Source of the DNA: an uncultured Atopobium sp.
GTDB taxonomy: Bacteria > Actinomycetota > Coriobacteriia > Coriobacteriales > Atopobiaceae
DNA length: 64,000 nt
Direction of reading: 5' to 3'
NCBI GenBank assembly: GCA_938045565.1
Contig: CALIAZ010000003.1
Location: 82,805 to 146,804, forward strand
Shown: in pieces, positions 60,418-64,000 of the stretch
Numbering within the stretch: position 1 is the first letter of the stretch
Layout: the number at the start of each line of letters is the position of its first letter
Translations under genes and position numbers: made by a program
The notes under the pieces: generated by a model
What the model saw: the letters and a program-made list of their open reading frames with translations, nothing else
What the model was told of the DNA's origin: nothing
The model's database searches: none

Positions 60418-60454
60418 GAAGGCGAGAAGATCAATTGGTCTTCTCGCCTTTTTT
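60418..60454 (+). terminator. Intrinsic terminator built from two inverted GGCGAGAAG motifs
   Basis: AAGGCGAGAAGA.CAATTG.TCTTCTCGCCTT followed by TTTT. Confidence 0.88.
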
Positions 60455-60493
60455 GTGTTTGTATGCCGTTTTAAGACACGACAATAAGATGCG

Positions 60494-61606
60494 CTACTCG
60501 AAAATCTTCTCCTCAAGGTGCGCTTCTTCTACGGCCTTCTGAGCCGCCTCAATAGCGTGAGCCACCTGTGGTGTACGGTCAGCGTCAGAGAGCGATGTGT
60601 CGTACAGGTGGCAAGCGCAGAAGTGACCTGGCTCAGCCTCGATACGCTCAGGAATGCGCTCGGAGCAAACCTTCATTGCCTTAGGGCAGCGCGTGTGGAA
60701 TACGCAACCTGAAGGTGGATTGGCAGGACTTGGAACGTCACCTTGAAGAATGCGCTTTTCCTGGATACGCTCGTGGCGAATACGAGGAATAACGTCCAAA
60801 AGTGCCTGAGTGTATGGGTGCAAAGGACGCTCAAAGAGGGCGTCTTTGGTGGCAAACTCCATCTGGTGACCCAGATACATGACCATAACAGTATCAGCAA
60901 TGTGGCGAACAACGGAAAGGTCATGGCTAATAAAGATGTATGCCAGACCGTGGTCCTTCTGAAGCTCTTCAAGCAAGTTGATTACCTTGGCCTGAACAGA
61001 AACGTCCAAAGCAGAAACAGGCTCATCGCAGACAACAATTTCTGGCTCAAGCACAATAGCGCGAGCAATACCAATACGCTGGCGCTGACCGCCCGAGAAC
61101 TCGTGAGGGTAGCGGTACTTGAACTCAAGGTTAAGGCCAACTTCCTCCATTACCTCTTCAATGCGAGCATCACGCTCTGCCTTTGTTTTATAGGTGCCTG
61201 CAATATCAATAGGCTCGCCAATGATATCCATGACCGTCATACGAGGGTTCAGTGAGCTGTAAGGATCCTGGAAGATAAGCTTCATCTTCTGACGGGCTCG
61301 CTTGAGATCTTCGCCCTTAAGCGAGGTAAAATCCTCTCCATCAAGCTCAACCGTACCAGAGGTTGGCTCGGTAAGGCGCAGCACGCACTTGCCAGTAGTG
61401 GATTTTCCGCAGCCAGACTCACCAACAATGGCCAAGGTCTCTTTGCGCCTGAGCTCAAACGAAACATCCTCAACAGCATGAACGGAAGCGTTAGAACGAC
61501 CAAAAACACCGTTTTTAATAGGGAATCGCTTAACCAAGTTCTTTACGGACAAGATGGTTTTCTCGCCAGAAAGGTCCTTGACCTCTGTGTTCTTCTCTTC
61601 TGCCAT
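60494..61606 (-). CDS. oppF: Peptide ABC ATP-binding protein
   Basis: [25 protein letters not shown]. Confidence 0.93.
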   Translation of the reverse strand: MAEEKNTEVKDLSGEKTILSVKNLVKRFPIKNGVFGRSNASVHAVEDVSFELRRKETLAIVGESGCGKSTTGKCVLRLTEPTSGTVELDGEDFTSLKGEDLKRARQKMKLIFQDPYSSLNPRMTVMDIIGEPIDIAGTYKTKAERDARIEEVMEEVGLNLEFKYRYPHEFSGGQRQRIGIARAIVLEPEIVVCDEPVSALDVSVQAKVINLLEELQKDHGLAYIFISHDLSVVRHIADTVMVMYLGHQMEFATKDALFERPLHPYTQALLDVIPRIRHERIQEKRILQGDVPSPANPPSGCVFHTRCPKAMKVCSERIPERIEAEPGHFCACHLYDTSLSDADRTPQVAHAIEAAQKAVEEAHLEEKIFE

Positions 61607-61608
61607 GA

Positions 61609-62775
61609 CTACTCACCCCACTCATCAGTGTATTTCCAACAGCTGACAGTATGGCAATTGTCTTCACCAACAGCAGTCAAGCTAGGACGACGATTCTTAC
61701 AAATGTCCTTAGCAAACGGACAACGTGGATGGAATGGGCAACCAGAAGGCATGTGCGAAAGCATAGGAACGCTACCAGGAATTGCATAGAGTTCCTTGGT
61801 GCGCTCGTCAAACGATGGAATGGACGCAATCAAGCCCTGAGCATAAGGGTGCAGAGGGTTAGTAAAGAGCTCTGCAGACTGCGCATACTCAACGCGATGA
61901 CCAGCGTACATGACAAGAACCCAGTCAGCCATCTCGGAAACAACACCCATGTCGTGTGTAATCAACATGACAGCGGTGCCCAAATCTTGCTTCATGCGAT
62001 CGATAATCTGCAGAATCTGTGCCTGAACTGTTACGTCAAGAGCGGTTGTTGGCTCGTCGCAGATAAGCAGTGATGGCTGGCAGGCAAGTGCCATAGCAAT
62101 CATGACACGCTGACGCATACCGCCAGAAAGCTCATGTGGATATGACAAGAAGATCTTCTCTGGTGCAGGAATGCCCACCAGCTTGATCATATCAAGGGCC
62201 TTCTGATCTGCCTCCTGTTTGCTCATGTTGGGATTATGAACAAGGATGCCCTCACGAATCTGAAGACCAGATTTCATAACAGGGTTCAAGGAGGTCATAG
62301 GCTCCTGGAAAATCATGCCAATGCGATTACCGCGGAAGTCACGCATGCCACCACGAGGAAGCTGCGTTAAATCAGTTCCCTCAAAAATTATTTCTCCGCC
62401 GGTAATCTGTGCAGGAGGTGTAGGAAGCAGTCCCATGACCGACAATGCCGTCATGGACTTACCACAGCCAGACTCTCCTACTACCGCAAGAGTCTCGCCT
62501 TTACGCATAATAAACGAGAGGTCACTTACTGCAGGAAGTGCGCCATCTTCGGTGAAAAGCGTAACATCAAGATGATTAACGTCGAGAAGAACGTTCTTCT
62601 TGCACTGCTCTTCTCGCTCCTTTTGAGCGGTTTCTTGTGCAAGTTTGCGCTCCTCAAGGCTGCAAAATTGCACAGACTGTCCATTTGGACCCTCAATAGC
62701 ATGCTCGAATGTTGCATCTGCAACCTCAGTTGCCTGATCATTTTCTTGTGCAAGAGCATCTGTATTTTCTGCCAT
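61609..62775 (-). CDS. oppD: Peptide ABC ATP-binding protein
   Basis: [26 protein letters not shown]; start MAENT after AAGGAGG. Confidence 0.93.
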   Translation of the reverse strand: MAENTDALAQENDQATEVADATFEHAIEGPNGQSVQFCSLEERKLAQETAQKEREEQCKKNVLLDVNHLDVTLFTEDGALPAVSDLSFIMRKGETLAVVGESGCGKSMTALSVMGLLPTPPAQITGGEIIFEGTDLTQLPRGGMRDFRGNRIGMIFQEPMTSLNPVMKSGLQIREGILVHNPNMSKQEADQKALDMIKLVGIPAPEKIFLSYPHELSGGMRQRVMIAMALACQPSLLICDEPTTALDVTVQAQILQIIDRMKQDLGTAVMLITHDMGVVSEMADWVLVMYAGHRVEYAQSAELFTNPLHPYAQGLIASIPSFDERTKELYAIPGSVPMLSHMPSGCPFHPRCPFAKDICKNRRPSLTAVGEDNCHTVSCWKYTDEWGE

Positions 62776-62791
62776 AAACGTAACCTCCTTT

Positions 62792-63748
62792 CTAAGAACG
62801 CATCTTTGGATCAAGGGCGTCGCGGAGTGCGTCGCCAAGTAAATTGAAAGACATAACCGTAATGATGATGACAATACCTGGGGCAATACTGTAGAGAGGC
62901 TGTGATGCAAGGTATGGCTGAGAGGCTGCAATCATTTGACCCCAGCTTGCCTCAGGTGGCTGAACACCCAATCCCAAGAACGACAGCGTTGCCTCAGAAA
63001 GAATTGCACTTGGAATGCCCAAGGTAGAAACAACAATCAGCGTAGAAATGCAGTTAGGAAGCAAGTGCTTCATGATGATGCGGAAGCTGTTACCACCAGA
63101 CAAAATACAAGACTGAATGTATTCAGAATTCTTTAGGCGCATAACATCGCCTCGAATCAGCCTTGCCGTGGTTGTCCACATCAAAAGACCCAGCGCAATA
63201 TAGAGATTAATAAGACCTGGACCCATAACAAACATAATTAAAATTGCAAAAAGCAAGAATGGGAAGCTGGAAAAAACCTGAATGATAAAGGAAACAACTG
63301 CATCAACCCAGCGACCATAATATCCAGCTGCAACTCCCGCAACAAAGCCAATAAAGAGGGCAATAGCCTGCGAAATAATACCAACAGATAGAGAAATCTG
63401 GCAGCCGTAAATAATACGAGAAAGAATATCTCGGCCATACTCATCAGTGCCAAGCAGGTGTGCAAACGTTGGATTCTGGTTCTGAATTGCCAGGTTTTGA
63501 TCCTTGTAGCTATAAGGAGCAAGGATTGGAGCAAGGATTGCAATAATAGCCAGAAGCAAAACAATACCCAAGCAAATCATACCCAGCTTATTTTTCTTAA
63601 AAATGTTCCAGCTAACCTGCCAATAGCTCTGCGCACGGACCTTTCCAGTGGCAGCCTGTTCCGCTTCTTGAACCTTGGCGGCATCCTCAAGTACAGCTTC
63701 AGTCTTTTGGACCTTCTCGCTATTTTTATCACTTGTAAACAAAGCCAT
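62792..63748 (-). CDS. oppC: Peptide ABC permease
   Basis: LGTDEYGRD, KHLLPN, SFLGLG, GDALRDALDP. Confidence 0.93.
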   Translation of the reverse strand: MALFTSDKNSEKVQKTEAVLEDAAKVQEAEQAATGKVRAQSYWQVSWNIFKKNKLGMICLGIVLLLAIIAILAPILAPYSYKDQNLAIQNQNPTFAHLLGTDEYGRDILSRIIYGCQISLSVGIISQAIALFIGFVAGVAAGYYGRWVDAVVSFIIQVFSSFPFLLFAILIMFVMGPGLINLYIALGLLMWTTTARLIRGDVMRLKNSEYIQSCILSGGNSFRIIMKHLLPNCISTLIVVSTLGIPSAILSEATLSFLGLGVQPPEASWGQMIAASQPYLASQPLYSIAPGIVIIITVMSFNLLGDALRDALDPKMRS

Positions 63749-64000
63749 TACTCTGATGCCTCCTCTCCAAGACGAATGCGTGGATCAACTACCGCGTACA
63801 AAATATCAACAAGCAAATAGATAACAACGCAGATAATTGCCACGTACATGACACTACCCTGAATCAACGGCAGGTCACGAGCATTAATTGCATCGATAAG
63901 CAGCTTACCCATACCGTTCATGTTGAAGATCTGCTCAATGATGATGGAACCGGTAAGGATGTCTCCCAGCTGAGATCCAGCAATGGTAATAATTGGGATA
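63748..64000 (-). CDS. oppB: Peptide ABC permease, 3' part (runs off the window end)
   Basis: Hand translation ...IIEQIFNMNGMGKLLIDAINARDLPLIQG...LVDILYAVVDPRIRLGEEASE*; TAATG overlap with oppC. Confidence 0.9.
   Translation of the reverse strand, partial: IPIITIAGSQLGDILTGSIIIEQIFNMNGMGKLLIDAINARDLPLIQGSVMYVAIICVVIYLLVDILYAVVDPRIRLGEEASE

Noticed and set aside
155..61567. GGCGAGAA as a Chi or KOPS site
   Set aside because: The 14 plus versus 16 minus copies show no strand skew in this window, and inverted pairs occur

Overview
64 kb of core chromosome from an anaerobic actinobacterium, most consistent with Coriobacteriia/Atopobiaceae (Lancefieldella-like). This taxonomy is inferred from gene content and order, not from a search. 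Most genes are on the minus strand. In order: AhpF-like reductase and ahpC; tRNA-Val; a low-GC membrane-protein islet; an LPG-synthase-type membrane gene; mnmA and a cysteine desulfurase; tRNA-Gly and tRNA-Cys; a PAS/GAF-PP2C phosphatase with a fused STAS-kinase partner-switch pair; tRNA-Leu; an oligopeptide ABC system; secG-tpiA-pgk-gap-whiA-rapZ; a sialic-acid ABC uptake/catabolism cluster (nanEKA plus two CE7-like esterases, one lacking the catalytic Ser); uvrC-murJ-ybaK-uvrA; yhcH; mrp plus two flavoproteins; uvrB; a TPR-like gene; coaE; a sulfonate/nitrate-type ABC system; M42, PepT and C26 peptidases; and a second peptide ABC system. I saw no transposase, integrase, phage genes or CRISPR array. 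The most striking unexplained signal is a dispersed non-palindromic motif, consensus TGGCGAGAARNNC. By hand I count at least 30 copies of its 8-mer core, on both strands, in several reading frames and between genes. It also forms inverted pairs at gene ends, as DNA uptake sequences do.
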